A stretch of DNA of 63,970 nucleotides, counting the filler, from Hyphochytrium catenoides (lineage: Eukaryota > Protista > Hyphochytriomycota), in the NCBI GenBank assembly GCA_900088475.1. It is 7 parts of 7 records of this genome, joined end to end, with 100 filler letters (N's around TTAATTAATTAA, not from the genome) between each part and the next. Parts side by side here need not be neighbours in the genome. Positions count along the whole stretch, not along the records: positions 36,690 to 58,507 come from FLMG01002737.1; positions 58,608 to 62,566 come from FLMG01004161.1; positions 62,667 to 63,970 come from FLMG01002598.1; 4 more parts are not named here. The stretch is one strand, 5' to 3'. The notes under the pieces were generated by a model that made no database searches, was not told the DNA's origin, and saw nothing but the letters and a program-made list of their open reading frames with translations. Shown here in pieces: positions 50,608-62,923 of the stretch (within the stretch, counting starts at the first letter, position 1; every line of letters starts with the position of its first letter). A program made the position numbers and the translations under genes.

Positions 50608-51918
50608 CATTGTACAGCTCCATGAAGGAGACTCTGACGCTATATTCGGCCTTGATCCTCTCCAAGTGCGTGAAGATAGCGTTGACGGCTCTCGGGATCA
50701 CTCCCGCCCGCGCCTTATCTTTGAAGTCTCCCTCGATGGTGAAGGTCTTACCAGTGCCCTGGGGGGAAAGAAGAGAGAGAGAGAGAGAGACAAGGGGAAA
50801 GAAAAGGAGAGAGAAAACAAAGAAGAGAGAGGATTGACAGAGAGACAGAGAGGGGGTAAGAGAAGAGGTGGGGAAGAAAGAGATGGAAGGAGGAAGAACA
50901 TAAAGAAGGGTGGAGAATGAGGCTGGTGGAGGAGAAGGAAGAGAAGAGACGAGAGAAAAATTTTTTGGAAAGAGAGAAAGAAAGAAGAGAGAGAAGGAAG
51001 TCTGTCAGGAAGAGAAGAGAAAGTATGAGGTTGAGAGGGGAGTCGCTGGGCTTACCGTTTGTCCATAGGCAAACACAGTGCAGTTATAACCCTGTGACCG
51101 CAACAAGTGAGAGACACAGAGAGAGAGAAACAGAGACGGTTGAGGTTCACGCAGGTGGTAGAAAGAGTTTAGATAAAGGAGAACGATGGTGTCTCTCTCT
51201 CTCCCTCACCTGAAGAACTTCTTCCACAATGGGCGCCACAGTGTTGTCAAACACTTCCTGTTGGGTGGAGTACATGCCGTACACCTGGATAAACGAAAAA
51301 CAGGAAGGATGAGGACAAGAGAGAAAAGAGAGAGAGAGAGAGAGAAAAAAGGAGAGAAGGCTCAAGAAAGAAAGATATATACATGACTAGGACTGGTAAA
51401 AAGGAAGGAATACAGTCTAGGGGAAAGAGAGGGGGGAGCGAGAGAGGGGACCGAAAGAGAGAGAGAAGAGGAGAGAGAGAGAGAAGAGGAGAGAGAGACC
51501 TTATCGAAAGTGTATTTTTTGGAGATCCGCTTGTGGTTGATCACCACGTCGTTCCTCTGAGGATTGCAGCTCACCACGCACGGGGTGCTCTCTCTCTTCT
51601 CATCATCGTTAAGAGGTCTAAACAACAGAGCAGAGGGAGAGAGAGAGAGAGAGAAAAAAAAAGTATAACAGCGTGAGCAAAGTAAAGAGAGAGAGATCGG
51701 GAAGACGTCCTCTTCTATTAGTCAAAAGAGGGACTCGAAGGAGAGAGAAAAGGGAAGGAGAGAAGAAAGTTATCTAGCCGGCAAATAGAGAGAGACAGAG
51801 AGCGAGAGAGAGCGAGACAGAGAGAGAGGGTAAGAAGCGAGTCACACCTGCACCGCACAGCTACCCGGACACGTGAAGCGTCTCTCTCTCCTCCTCCTGC
51901 TGCAATCATGGTCGACAT
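42576..51918 (-). CDS. KIF11: Kinesin-5 (BimC/Eg5) mitotic motor, many exons
   Basis: [29 protein letters not shown] (P-loop), [80 protein letters not shown], a coiled-coil stalk, and C-terminal BimC box [11 protein letters not shown]. Stalk exon boundaries are only partly resolved. Confidence 0.95.
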
Positions 51919-52077
51919 TCTCTTAGGTTGGCCTCTTTTCTTTCCTTCTTTCTCTCCGTTGGCGTGTCTTCTCCCTGTCTGAAGACTATAAGAGAGATCT
52001 GAAGATTGGAGATTGACTTGTGCAGTACTTCGCTTTAGTTATTCTGCTCTATCCACAGGCTACCACTTTCTCTCTTT

Positions 52078-52108
<31 letters not shown>

Positions 52109-52384
52109 TCTTTTCTCTCTGGAACGCGATGACTTTCGAAGAGTCAGAGGAAAGAGGCACAATGGAGAGACTAGATCAACCCTTTTGCAGATATCCCAAC
52201 AGACAGACGCAAGCACGAACGATGAAGAGGGAGAAGCAGAGACTCTGCTCCGATAGTTCTAGAGAGAGACGATCAGGAAGAGAGAGACTGAGGAGAAAGA
52301 GAGCAAGAGAGAGAGAGAGAAAAGAAAGAGAAGGGGAGAGAGAGAGAGAGACTGCAGAAAGCTCAAAACTCCTTCCTCTCCCTT

Positions 52385-52620
52385 GACATCACAAAAATTC
52401 AAAACTTGAACGCCAACGGTAACCAAAACTGTAAAAATCTAACCAAAAAAGGAATCAACATTGCAGTAATCACTTAGATAAATATATTTCCAAAGGATAT
52501 CTGGAAAGCTACAGATATCTTTCAAGCGTTTTAGACCCGGTAAGTCCAAATATTTCCTGAAGCTTGGAGAGTTGCAAGGAACTATCATTCAACCAGAACT
52601 TTAACCGCACCTCAGGCTCA
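52385..52620. promoter_or_regulatory. Putative bidirectional promoter island between kinesin-5 and LysM-TLDc
   Basis: AT-rich, microsatellite-free block between divergent ATGs (51918 and 53351). Contains TTCAAA at 52398 and CGCCAACGG at 52411. Confidence 0.4.
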
Positions 52621-53003
52621 GAGCTAAGGATCCTTCTCCACGTACCCAATCATACTCCACAAATGAGAGCAAGATATTGTGTACCGAGTCGGGGTGAGAG
52701 ATAGAAGAGGGCTCTAGCAACAGAAAAAAAAACAGGCGAGAGAGAGAGANNNNNNNNNNNNNNNNNNNNNNNNNNNNNAGAGAGAGAGAGAGAGAGAGAG
52801 AGAGGAAAGAGAGAGAGAAGGGACATATTTGGCGAGAGAGAGAGAGAGAGAGAGAAAGAAAGAAAAAGAAAGAGAGACAGAGAGACAGTGAGAAAGAGAG
52901 AGAGAAACAGGGACAGAGAGACAGAGAGACATGGAGATAAAGAGAGAGGGAAACAAAGAGAAAGAGAGAGAGGGAGAGAGAGAGGGAAAGAGATAAAGAG
53001 AGT

Positions 53004-53038
<35 letters not shown>

Positions 53039-53350
53039 GAAACGACAAGTCTTTCAGCGTCTTTTCTTTTGCTGCTGCTGTCCTTGAGGGAAGAAGAAAA
53101 GATGGAGAAAAGGCCAAGAAACGATTTTCCTGCTTCTCAGACAGGTCCTTTCTGAAGCTTTTCTTCCACTATCTGCAGCAGCTTTTCCAGATGCAGAAGG
53201 AGTATTCTGATTCCTGTAAGGCACGTTGAGAGAGGAGAGAGAAGAAGAGAGACAAAAGAGAGAAAGAGAGAGAGAGAGAGAGAGACAGGGAAAGAGGACG
53301 AGACAGTGTCCGCTTCCTGAACTTCAATGACCGAAAAAGGCTGAGCAAAA

Positions 53351-54021
53351 ATGGAATCACAACCTCCCGGAGCACCTGCTCCTCTTCCCCTTCGCTTCAA
53401 GGGAGGAGAGAGAGGAGAAGAGAAGACTCTCTCTTCTTCGCCCCTTTCTCTTTCTCTTCAAGCAGGGGATACTTTGCTCTCTCTTTCTTCGAGGGAAGAA
53501 AAGGCATCTGAGGCCGGAGAGACAAGCAGCGACGTACAAGGGAGAGGAGGAGGAAGTGAAAGAGAGTCTTCCGCATCAAGAGAAGGATCTTCTTCCTCTC
53601 TTTCTCTCTCTTCTTCAAGGCCTTCTCCTTCCGCAGAGCACATGCAACCGCAGACAAAAGAGAGAGAAAACGGCAGGGAGACAGAGAAAGCCTCCGAAGA
53701 AGGAGCCAAGGACGTGTTGGATGCAGGAGAGAGAAGAGAGAGAGAGAGAGAAAGAGACCAAGAGAGAGAAGAAGAGGACTTTCCCCCAGTCTACGTCGTG
53801 CAGCCCGGCGACACTCTGGCTGGCGTCGCCCTCAAGTAAGTCACATATTTCAAATATTCTCGCTACTATCCTTGCATAATGTCCTTTATAACCTGCAGAT
53901 TTGGCATAACGACGTCTGAGCTCAAGTTTATGAATCATATGTTCGGCGGGACAATTTACGCGGGACAGAGGCTCCGTGTCCTCCCCACTGAGAAGGCTAA
54001 GGGACAGGCAGCAAAGAGGTA

Positions 54022-54072
<51 letters not shown>

Positions 54073-56322
54073 AGGAAGGTTCTGTAGAGGAGAGAGACGT
54101 TCTGGCAGCGAAAAGATAAGATGGGAGAGAGAGAAGAAAAGACCTTCACCGATGTATGACTAGCCTGAGTTGATCTTCAACAGTGACGGACTGCCATGGC
54201 TAGATCTCTTCTTCTCTCTCTCTCTCTCTCTCTCTCGCTCTCTATCTTTCCCTTCCCTTCTCCTCTGCCTTCAAGTTCTGGACAAAGCCATCTTCTCTTC
54301 GTCCTAGCCTTCCTTTCTTTCGCTCTCTTTCTCTCTGCGTCTTCTCACTCTTTTTCTCTCTTTCTCACTCTCTCTTTTCAATTGCCCCTACGTCTCTCCA
54401 CACAATATGTTAGGACGCTTTCCTCTCCAAAGAGAGACATCTCTTCCCGAAGGAACACGAGCCCTCAGAACCTCACTCACAACCAACATCAGAAAGGAGA
54501 GAGAACAGAAGAGCCTCTCTTCTTCCCAAATACACCTCCTTCTTCTCCACCAAAGAGTCTTTTCTCTCAAGAAAGCGCTTCCTCGCTCACAACAGGCGGA
54601 GGAGAAAAGGAAGAAAAGATAGAGAAGGAGGGAGAGAAAGGAGGAGCAACACCGCTCTCTTTTCTCTCTTCTGTCTCCAAACGACGACCCACTTTCCCCA
54701 GCATCCCCAAGATCTTTCATCTTCCCTCTTTCTTGGGGAGAAAGACCGAACAGAGAGAGAACCCCTCTCTCCCTGCAGAAACTGTGAGAGAGACTCCCCC
54801 TAATAAGCAAGGAGGAGGAGGAAAAGAGAAAGGAGAGAGAGAAGAGGGAGACGGAAGAATTCTCTCTGGCTCTCTCACGCACGATCAATGGGTCGTAAAG
54901 TTCAAATCCAATGATTTCAGTGGGAGCAGGAGAGGGAAAGAAGAGAGAGAAGGAGCACCTGAGAAGCCCAAAAGAAGCATCTCAGCCACCTCTCTTGTCG
55001 CAGAGGTAACCTTCTTCTTTTCTCGGGGGATCTTTCATCCTCTTTTGCTGTCTCTCTCTCTCTTTGCTGTCTCTCTCTCTCTCTCTGTCTCGTTGCTCTC
55101 TCTCTCTTTTCTTGTGCTCCCTCTGTTGTCTCCCTTCTTGTGTCGTGGTGCTGCCCACGTCTTCTCTTGCTCTCTCCTCCCTTCTCTCTCTCTCTGTCCA
55201 GAACATATTGTCCTAGTATCTCCCTCCTACACCTCTCTCTCTCTCTCTCTCTCTCTCNNNNNNNNNNNNNNNNNNNNNNNNNNNNNNCGTTGGATCTCCC
55301 TTTCTTTCCTGCCTGATTGCCCGTTTTTCCTCTCTTTGTTAGATTAGAATCCACATCTCTCTCTCTCTTTGTCTGTCTCTCTCTATTCAGTCATCCTCTC
55401 GTTCTCCTTCAAATGCGTTTATCCCTGCGGCTGGCAATCAAATCAACTTCATTCCTTTCTGCCCTCCCCACTTTTGACATCTCTCTCTCTCTCTTTTCCT
55501 CCCTCTCTCTTTCTCTCTCTCTCACGCGCTCTGTCTCTCTCTCTCTCTAGGTTGACTTTGGCAAGCCGCTAGGAGATCCTCCATCTCTGCAGACTCTTCC
55601 TCGACTGCTAGGAATCTATGGCGGAGAGATTCTCGCTGATGAGTCTCTCTCTGTCAAGCTTCGGATGAACGTGAGTAAAAAAAGAAAGCAAAAGCGAGAG
55701 AGAATGAGAGCAAAGAAAAGAGACAGACGAAAAAGGAGAGAAAAGATAAGAGAGCGAGAAAGAGGGCAGGAGAGCGGGAGGAGAGAAACAGAGAGAGAGG
55801 GAAGGGAGATTGAGAAGAACAAAAGGGGCGCAAAAAGAAAGAGAGATACAGATGCGCGAAAGAGAGAGCGACACCGCGGGAGAGAGACAGAAAGACCGAG
55901 AAGAGAAGAGAACAGAAGACAGAGAGAGACAACGGGAGGAAAACAAAGGAGGGAGCAGAGAGAGAGACAGAGAGATAACTGCCTTTGTACTGAAAGAGAC
56001 GGGAGACTAAGAGGAGAAGTAGAGGACCAACACTATCATCTACAGAGAGAAAGAGGATTGACTTTCTCATGTTCATTTCCGTTCTTCTCCCTCTTTCTCG
56101 CGATCACTCTTTTCTCTCTTCTCCTCGGTTTCTCCCGCTTCTCTCCCGCCTCTCTCTCTCTGTTTCTCTATTTTCCTGTTGTCACTTTCCGGCACAGCTT
56201 GAGTGCGTCCTCCCCCGTCACTATCGAGGATATGACTGGCTGCTTTTATACAGGTAGGAGAGAGATGGGGTCGGGCTAACCTCTAGCCTGATCTTCCTCC
56301 TTGACCACATCTCTCTCTCTTC

Positions 56323-56361
<39 letters not shown>

Positions 56362-57249
56362 TTTCTTCCTCTTGTTTTCTTTCGCGCACGACGTAATCTC
56401 AGTTTTGGTCTCTTCTCTCTACTTCTCGTTATTCGACCTCTGATTTTTCTCCCCAACAACCTTCATTTAAAGGTGTACACCCTGTCGATCTAGGGGCAGT
56501 GTTCCCTTTCTGTCTGTTCCTCTCTCTCTCTCTCTNNNNNNNNNNNNNNNNNNNNNNNNNNNNNNNNNNNNNNNNNNTCCCTCTCTCTCTCTCTCTCTCT
56601 CTCTAAGCCCGTGTCTCTCTCTGTCTCTTCTCCTGACAGCTTGCCGACACACGGCACCCTTCTCAGCACTTTTTACAATCGCGTGAGCAACAAGTCTCCC
56701 ACCATCCTCGTGGTAGAGACATCAAAGGGAGACGTAAGACCAATCTCTTTCTTCTTCTCTTTCCTTTATCGCTCTCTTTTTCATAAATAAGCTCTCTTCT
56801 CTACTTCTTTATCGTACTCTCTCTCTCCCTCGCTACTTCACACGCCTATTTTTAGTATTCTTTATCTCCTCTTTACGCCTCATACCCACGTGGTTTGACA
56901 TAGTGAGTGCAATACTCTCCCCTGCTCCCTCGGATATCCTACTTTGCACGTTTATTTCTTCCTTTTCCTCTCTCTCTCTCCATCTCACTCTCTCTCTCCC
57001 TCTCGCTCTCTCCATCCATTTCTCCTTTCCGACCTCTCCCTCTCTTTCTCTCCTTCACTCTCCCCGCCCCCCACTCTCTCTCTCTCTCTCTCCGCCCGTC
57101 CCCTGTTATCTCTCTCTCTCTCTGTCTCTCTCTCTCTGTGACGGCGTCCTCTCTTCCATTCTCCCACACACTTGAGGCTCTCTCGCTGTTCAACACCTTA
57201 CGCCTGTCAGTACCTTCCCTGACGATCTTACCTTTGCCTCTCCATTCAC

Positions 57250-57282
<33 letters not shown>

Positions 57283-57465
57283 GTTCAGGTCTTTGGCGCG
57301 TTCGCGTCCAAGCCCTGGCGTAAGTCTATCAGTTATTATGGAACAGGCGAGTCTTTCCTCTGGACCACCTACCCCGACTTCCAGTACTTCCCCTGGAGAC
57401 CTGAGAATAACTCGATGTTCATGTTCTCTGATGACACGCAGATCGCCTTAGGGGGAGGGTGAGCT

Positions 57466-57500
<35 letters not shown>

Positions 57501-57815
57501 TCTCTCTCTCCCTCTCTCTCTCTCTGGCTCTGTGTGTGTGTGTGTCTGTCTCTCTCGCTCTTCTTCTCTCTCTCGCCCTTTCTTGATCTCTCGAGCTCTC
57601 CGAGTCTCGCCCGCTCGAGCTCTCCGTCCCCTCTCTGTGAGTCTTTGTCTCCCTCTTTCTCTCTCTCTCTAATCGTCTCTTTATTCTTGTTAACAATCCT
57701 AATCCTGGTCAAACTTTGTTTTTCCGCAACCCTCCGTTTGATTCTCTGACATTCTCCCTCTCCTCGTTCTTCCCCCGCCCCTCCCCTTCTCTGTCTCTTT
57801 CTCTCTTCTTCTTCT

Positions 57816-57879
<64 letters not shown>

Positions 57880-58058
57880 CCAACGGCCACTCCAACCCTT
57901 TCCTGTTGCCCAGAGGTGGGTTTGGCCTTTATCTGAACGGCGACTTCTCCAAAGGCGCGAGTGATTGCTGCGAGACCTTTAGCAACTCTCCTCTCTCTCG
58001 CAACCAACACTTCGATGTTCTCTCTGTAGAGTGCTGGGGCCTTGTACCCAAGCGGTAG
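53351..58058 (+). CDS. LysM + TLDc domain protein (OXR1/NCOA7-like)
   Basis: Exons 53351-53835, 53899-54018, 54414-55005, 55551-55670, 56198-56253, 56640-56733, 57289-57458 and 57914-58058. LysM YVVQPGDTLAGVALK/FGITTSELKFMN; TLDc WLLLYS...HG, VFGAFAS...YYGTGESFLW, GGG/GGFGLYL, CETFSNSPL, VECWG. Confidence 0.92.
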
Positions 58059-58120
58059 GAGAAAGGAAAGAGAAAAAAAAAGAAAACAAGAGAATGGAAG
58101 GGAAAGTCCGAAAGGGACAC

Positions 58121-58168
<48 letters not shown>

Positions 58169-58507
58169 CGAGAGAGAAAGAATACGTCCTCATTTTGAAA
58201 GGTTATCCAAGGAGAAAGAACAGGAGAACTATGTCTGTGCATTAGTGGTTTTGTCCATTTGCTAGAAGACTCTCTCTCTCTTCACCCCAAGAAGAGAGAT
58301 AGACAGGGGGAGAAGGGGAAGAAGGAAAAGAGAAACGACAAAAAAAGGTTGACAGAGAGAGAAAAGAGAAGAGTTCGTGGCACTGTGTCTCCCATTTAAG
58401 TTAATTTATCCTTCACAATGAACAGGAGAGAAGAGAGGAATTGCCCGCATCAACATCCTCTTATATTTTCTTCACTTTCTCACTCTCTTTCTCTCTCCTC
58501 TCTCTCT

Positions 58508-58607
58508 NNNNNNNNNNNNNNNNNNNNNNNNNNNNNNNNNNNNNNNNNNNNTTAATTAATTAANNNNNNNNNNNNNNNNNNNNNNNNNNNNNNNNNNNNN
58601 NNNNNNN
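58508..58607. other. Artificial contig linker
   Basis: N44-TTAATTAATTAA-N44. Confidence 0.95.
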
Positions 58608-61517
58608 AGGTACTGCAGCGACTGAATGAGTCAGAAGAGGCAAAATCTCTGCATAAAGTGGAGAGAGAAAGTGAAAAGCTATGAAGAGCACTCGCCGCGC
58701 GCAGCCTTCCGGCGGTAGAGGCACAACACCAAGTGTCCTTTCGAAGAGCCAAGGATGACAGAGACAGGGAGATAGAGGAAGAGAAAGCGACTAGCGTTCA
58801 AACAAAGAGAAACCAGCGAGAGAGAGAGAGACGAGGTGTGTGTGTGAGAGGAGAGAGAACAGAGGAGGTTTCTAAGAGGCGGTCTCTTTTTCACCACTTT
58901 TATCAGGAATGTTTACCTAACCACTCTGTCTCCCCACCTTCCATCGTGTGGAGCCGTGTCGCGCCTTTTTGTCCCTAGAGTATTTCCCTATATCTCTGGC
59001 GTGACTTCTTCGTGACTCTCTTTGGCCCTTCTTTCCTTTCTTGCAAAGCTCCCCCTGTCTCTCCTTGTCTTTTGTACCTTTCTCCTCTCCTCGTTATCAT
59101 TCTCCTCCCCTGATCCTCCTCCTCCACCTGTTGACTGGTCAGCTTTCTCAAATCCGCTAAGGTCGTGCCTTGTCCTTAGCAGCCTCTCTCAAACAACCGA
59201 ACTTACATTGCCTTCTCTTCTCTTCTCTGCCCCTCCTCCTCTGTCTCGTGAAGCCCTCCCTCTCTCTCTCCTCACACGCACAGCGTTTCTTCGCTTTCCA
59301 GGCCCTCTGTCTCTTGTCCCTGATCTATCCCTCTTTCTTTGGCTCTCTCGCCCGTCTTCCTCCCAACGTGGACCTCGCCTTGATCGTTCATATTTTGGAT
59401 CTCCCGCCACTTTTCGTTGGCTGCCGGATATATATCCCAGATATCTATGCATATCTTTCTAAACATCTACCCTGTACCTGTTTGTTTCCCGGCTCTTCGC
59501 TCTTTATCTCTCGCTTCTTGTTCTCCGTCCTCTCTCTCTCGCTCTCTCTCTCCCTCTTCTGTCTCTCTCTGCTGTCCCGCTCTGTCTCTCTGTCATTCAC
59601 TCTTTCCCTCGGCTCTAGGCATGTATATCATCAATTTGCTGTCCCTTCTCCTCTGTCTCGTCCTCTCCAACGACTCGGTGATCAACTGTTCCCTAGCTGG
59701 CTGATTAACTAGCTCTCTCCTCTTCCCTCTTGGTCTACCTTCGCGATGTAGTCTCCCTGTCTATAACCCAGCACAGGATGAGGGAAGGACAAGGTGGCAT
59801 CATTGGCGCCTGCCGCAGCGAGACAGAGTTTAGCAAAGTCTATAGTATTCAGGGTGTAGAGAGGCGACGAAGACACGTAGGAGGACTAGATCAAGATGAT
59901 GGGGGCATCTCTAGTGGCTCTCTGTCTCGATAGGGTGATTACAACATCATTGCTATAAATATATAAGCCTTAGATTGTGATCAAATCTCTCTGGGCCTCT
60001 GTCTCATGTTGAAGTGAATGGCGAGAAAGAACTTTCTTTCCGACTCCTCTGTCTTTTCTTCTCTCCTTATTATTATGACGGCGTAAGCTCTCATCAGGCT
60101 GTGTAAGGGCAGCCGCTCTTCCTCCTCCCCATAGCCTGCTTACCGTCTCTCCTCCTAAGCTGTCAATCATGATACACAGAGACTACGGCCCAAGGTAGTG
60201 AGTCTCGGGAACGTCAAACTTCAAAGATGATGGCCGCCGGTGGAGGAGATTATCGCCCCTGCTGTTGGTGGTGCAAGACGCAGAAGGAGGCCGCTTTCGT
60301 GAATAGAGTAATCAAGATGAGCGGAGGAACCCTCATCCGAGAGGAGAGTCATGATGAAGAATGATAGAGGAGAAAAACACACTCTCAATCACAGGAGAGT
60401 TGCGGCAAGATACTAAGGAAGAGGGGAAGAAGCACCACTACAATGATGTTACATACAGTAAAGCACGTCCCCAAGACCGTAATTGGGAGAAGAAGGATCA
60501 CTAATTATTCTAAACTTGTATGCTCCCATTGTGCTGCTGCTGCTGTAATTACTTTATCAATCGTGCTAGCGACTCACTTCTTAACCCCGCGTCGCTGATA
60601 TTAATTGCTGGCAATGTACATAGGTAAAGCAAAGCCAGAAATAAAGCGGCTTTGATATTGCGCCACCAACAGCAGGGGCGATAATCTCCTCCACCGGCCA
60701 TCATCTTTGATACTTTGAAGCTCCCGAGACTCACTACCTTCTTGGGTCGTAGTCTCTGTTATGTGTATCATTATTGACAGCTTAGGAGGAGAGACGGTAA
60801 GCAGGCGCTGGGGAGGAGGAAGAGCGGCTGCCCTTACACAGCCTGAATGAGAGCTTACGCCGTCACAATAATAAGGAGAGAAGAAAAGACAGAGGAGTCG
60901 GAAAGAAAGTTCTTCCTCGCCCTTTCGCAGCCATCAGAGCCAGGCACGCCTTCACCGTATTACCACTCCTCGTCCTACGTAAACTCATAGTCTTGCAGCC
61001 TTCAGGCGACCATATTACTACAAGCGAAAGGTCATGAGAAGCCCATCATCAATCCACTTCAACATGAGACAGAGGCCCAGAGAGATTCCATTACTGACTC
61101 ATGCGTACACATTTATAGCATGGAGATTGCAATCACCCAATCGAGACAGAGAGCCACTAGAGATGTCCCCATCATCTTGATCTAGTGCTCCTACGTGTCT
61201 TCGTCGCCTCTCTTCACCCTGAATACTATAGACTTTGCTAAACTCTGTCTCGCTGCTGCAGGCGCCAATGATGCCACCTTGTCCTTCCCTCATCCTGTGC
61301 TGGATTATAGATAGGGAGACTACATGGCGAAGGGAGACCAAGAGGGAAGAGGAGAGAGCTAGTTAATCAGTCAGCTAGGGAATTATTGATCACCGAGGAG
61401 TTGGAGAGGACGAGACAGAGGAGAAGGGATAGACAGCAAATTGATGATATACATGCCTAGAGCCGAGGGAAGAGTGAATGACAGAGAGACAGAGCGGGAC
61501 AGCAGAGAGAGACAAAA

Positions 61518-61559
<42 letters not shown>

Positions 61560-62471
61560 GGAGAACAAGAAGCGAGAGATAAAGAGCGAAGAGCCGGGAA
61601 ACAAACAGGAAAGGGTAGATGTTTAGAAAGATATGCATAGATATCAGGGATATATATCCGGCAGCCAACGAAAAGTGGCGGGAGATCCAAAATATGAACG
61701 ATCAAGGCGACGTCCACGTTGGGAGGAAGACGGGACGAGAGAGCCAAAGAAAGAGAGATAGATCAGGGACAAGAGACAGAGGGCCTGGAAAGCGAAGAAA
61801 CGCTGTGCGTGTGAGGAGAGAGTGAGGGAGGGCTTCACGAGACAGAGGAGGAGAGGCAGAGAAGAGAAGAGAAGGCAATGTAAGTTCGGCTGTTCGAGAG
61901 AGGCTGCCAAGGAGAAGGGCACGACCTTAGCGGATTTCAGAAAGCTGACCATTCAACAGGTGGAGGAGGAGGATCAGGGAAGAAGCATGGTAACGAGTAG
62001 AGGGAAAGGTACAAATGATAAGGAGACAGGGGGAGCATTGCAAGAAAGGAAAGGAGGGCCAAAGAGAGTCACGAAGAAGTCACGCCAGAGATATAGGGAG
62101 ATACTCTAGGGACAAAAAGGCGCGACACGGCTCCACACGATGGAAGGTGGGGAGACAGAGTGGTTAGCTAAACATTCCTGATAAAAGTGGTGAAAAAGAG
62201 ACCGCCTCGTAGAAACCTCCTCCTTTCTCTCTCCTCTCACACACACACCTCGTCTCTCTCTCTCGCTGGTTTCTCCTTTTTTTGAACGCTAGTCGCTTTC
62301 TCTTCCTCTTTCTCCCTGTCTCTGTCATCCTTGGTTCTCGAAAGGGCACTTGCTGTGCCTCTACCGCCGGAAGGCTGCGCGCGGCGAGTGCTCTTCATAG
62401 CTTTTCACTTTCTCTCTCCAGTTTATGCAGAGATTTTGCCTCTTCTGACTCATTCAGTCGCTGCAGTACCT
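58608..62471. repeat. Long inverted repeat: arms 58608-60276 and 60658-62471, spacer about 380 bp
   Basis: AGGTACTGCAGCGACTGAATGAG at 58608 is the reverse complement of 62449-62471. Homology continues to GTTGGTGGTGCAA / TTGCGCCACCAAC, with scattered substitutions and indels and about 130 extra bp in the right arm (about 60921-61050). Confidence 0.95.
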
Positions 62472-62566
62472 AGCCAACTTAGAGGGCAAGAAAGAAAGGA
62501 TGACAGAGAGAGATAAAGCAGGAGAAGTTGAGAGTTAAAGGCAACCACGAAAGAGATCGGATGCTA

Positions 62567-62666
62567 NNNNNNNNNNNNNNNNNNNNNNNNNNNNNNNNNN
62601 NNNNNNNNNNTTAATTAATTAANNNNNNNNNNNNNNNNNNNNNNNNNNNNNNNNNNNNNNNNNNNN
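62567..62666. other. Artificial contig linker
   Basis: N44-TTAATTAATTAA-N44. Confidence 0.95.
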
Positions 62667-62923
62667 TCTCTCTCTCTCTCTCTCTCTCTCTCCCTCTCCT
62701 TCTCTCCTCTCTCTCTCTCTGTCGCTCTCGCTCTCTCTCTGTTTGTCTTCAAAAAGTAGGAAGAAGTCCGTGAGGCTGCCCCGCGTCTTCTGTTCCACGT
62801 ATGAGATATTGTTTGGAAAGAGGGAGAGGAGCGCACGTGCTTCCTAGTAACCTACAGCGTCATTAGGGAAGACAAGCAAGACAGAGGAGAGGAGAAAGAG
62901 ACAGCCCCAGAAGAGACAGCAGA

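Noticed and set aside
59730-61341. Paired short ORFs (MREGQGGIIGAC...) in the IR arms as real genes
   Set aside because: Their similarity simply reflects the inverted duplication; stops differ between arms and no domain is recognisable.
58608-62471. IR as a whole-genome-amplification hairpin artefact or RIP product
   Set aside because: The arms are clearly diverged, with transversions and indels; they are neither identical nor obviously C-to-T biased in the part compared.
2741-62622. Recurrent TTAATTAATTAA palindrome as a biological site (e.g. piggyBac TTAA or an excision signal)
   Set aside because: Always centred in exactly 44+44 N. It is a six-frame-stop joining linker, so adjacency across it is meaningless.
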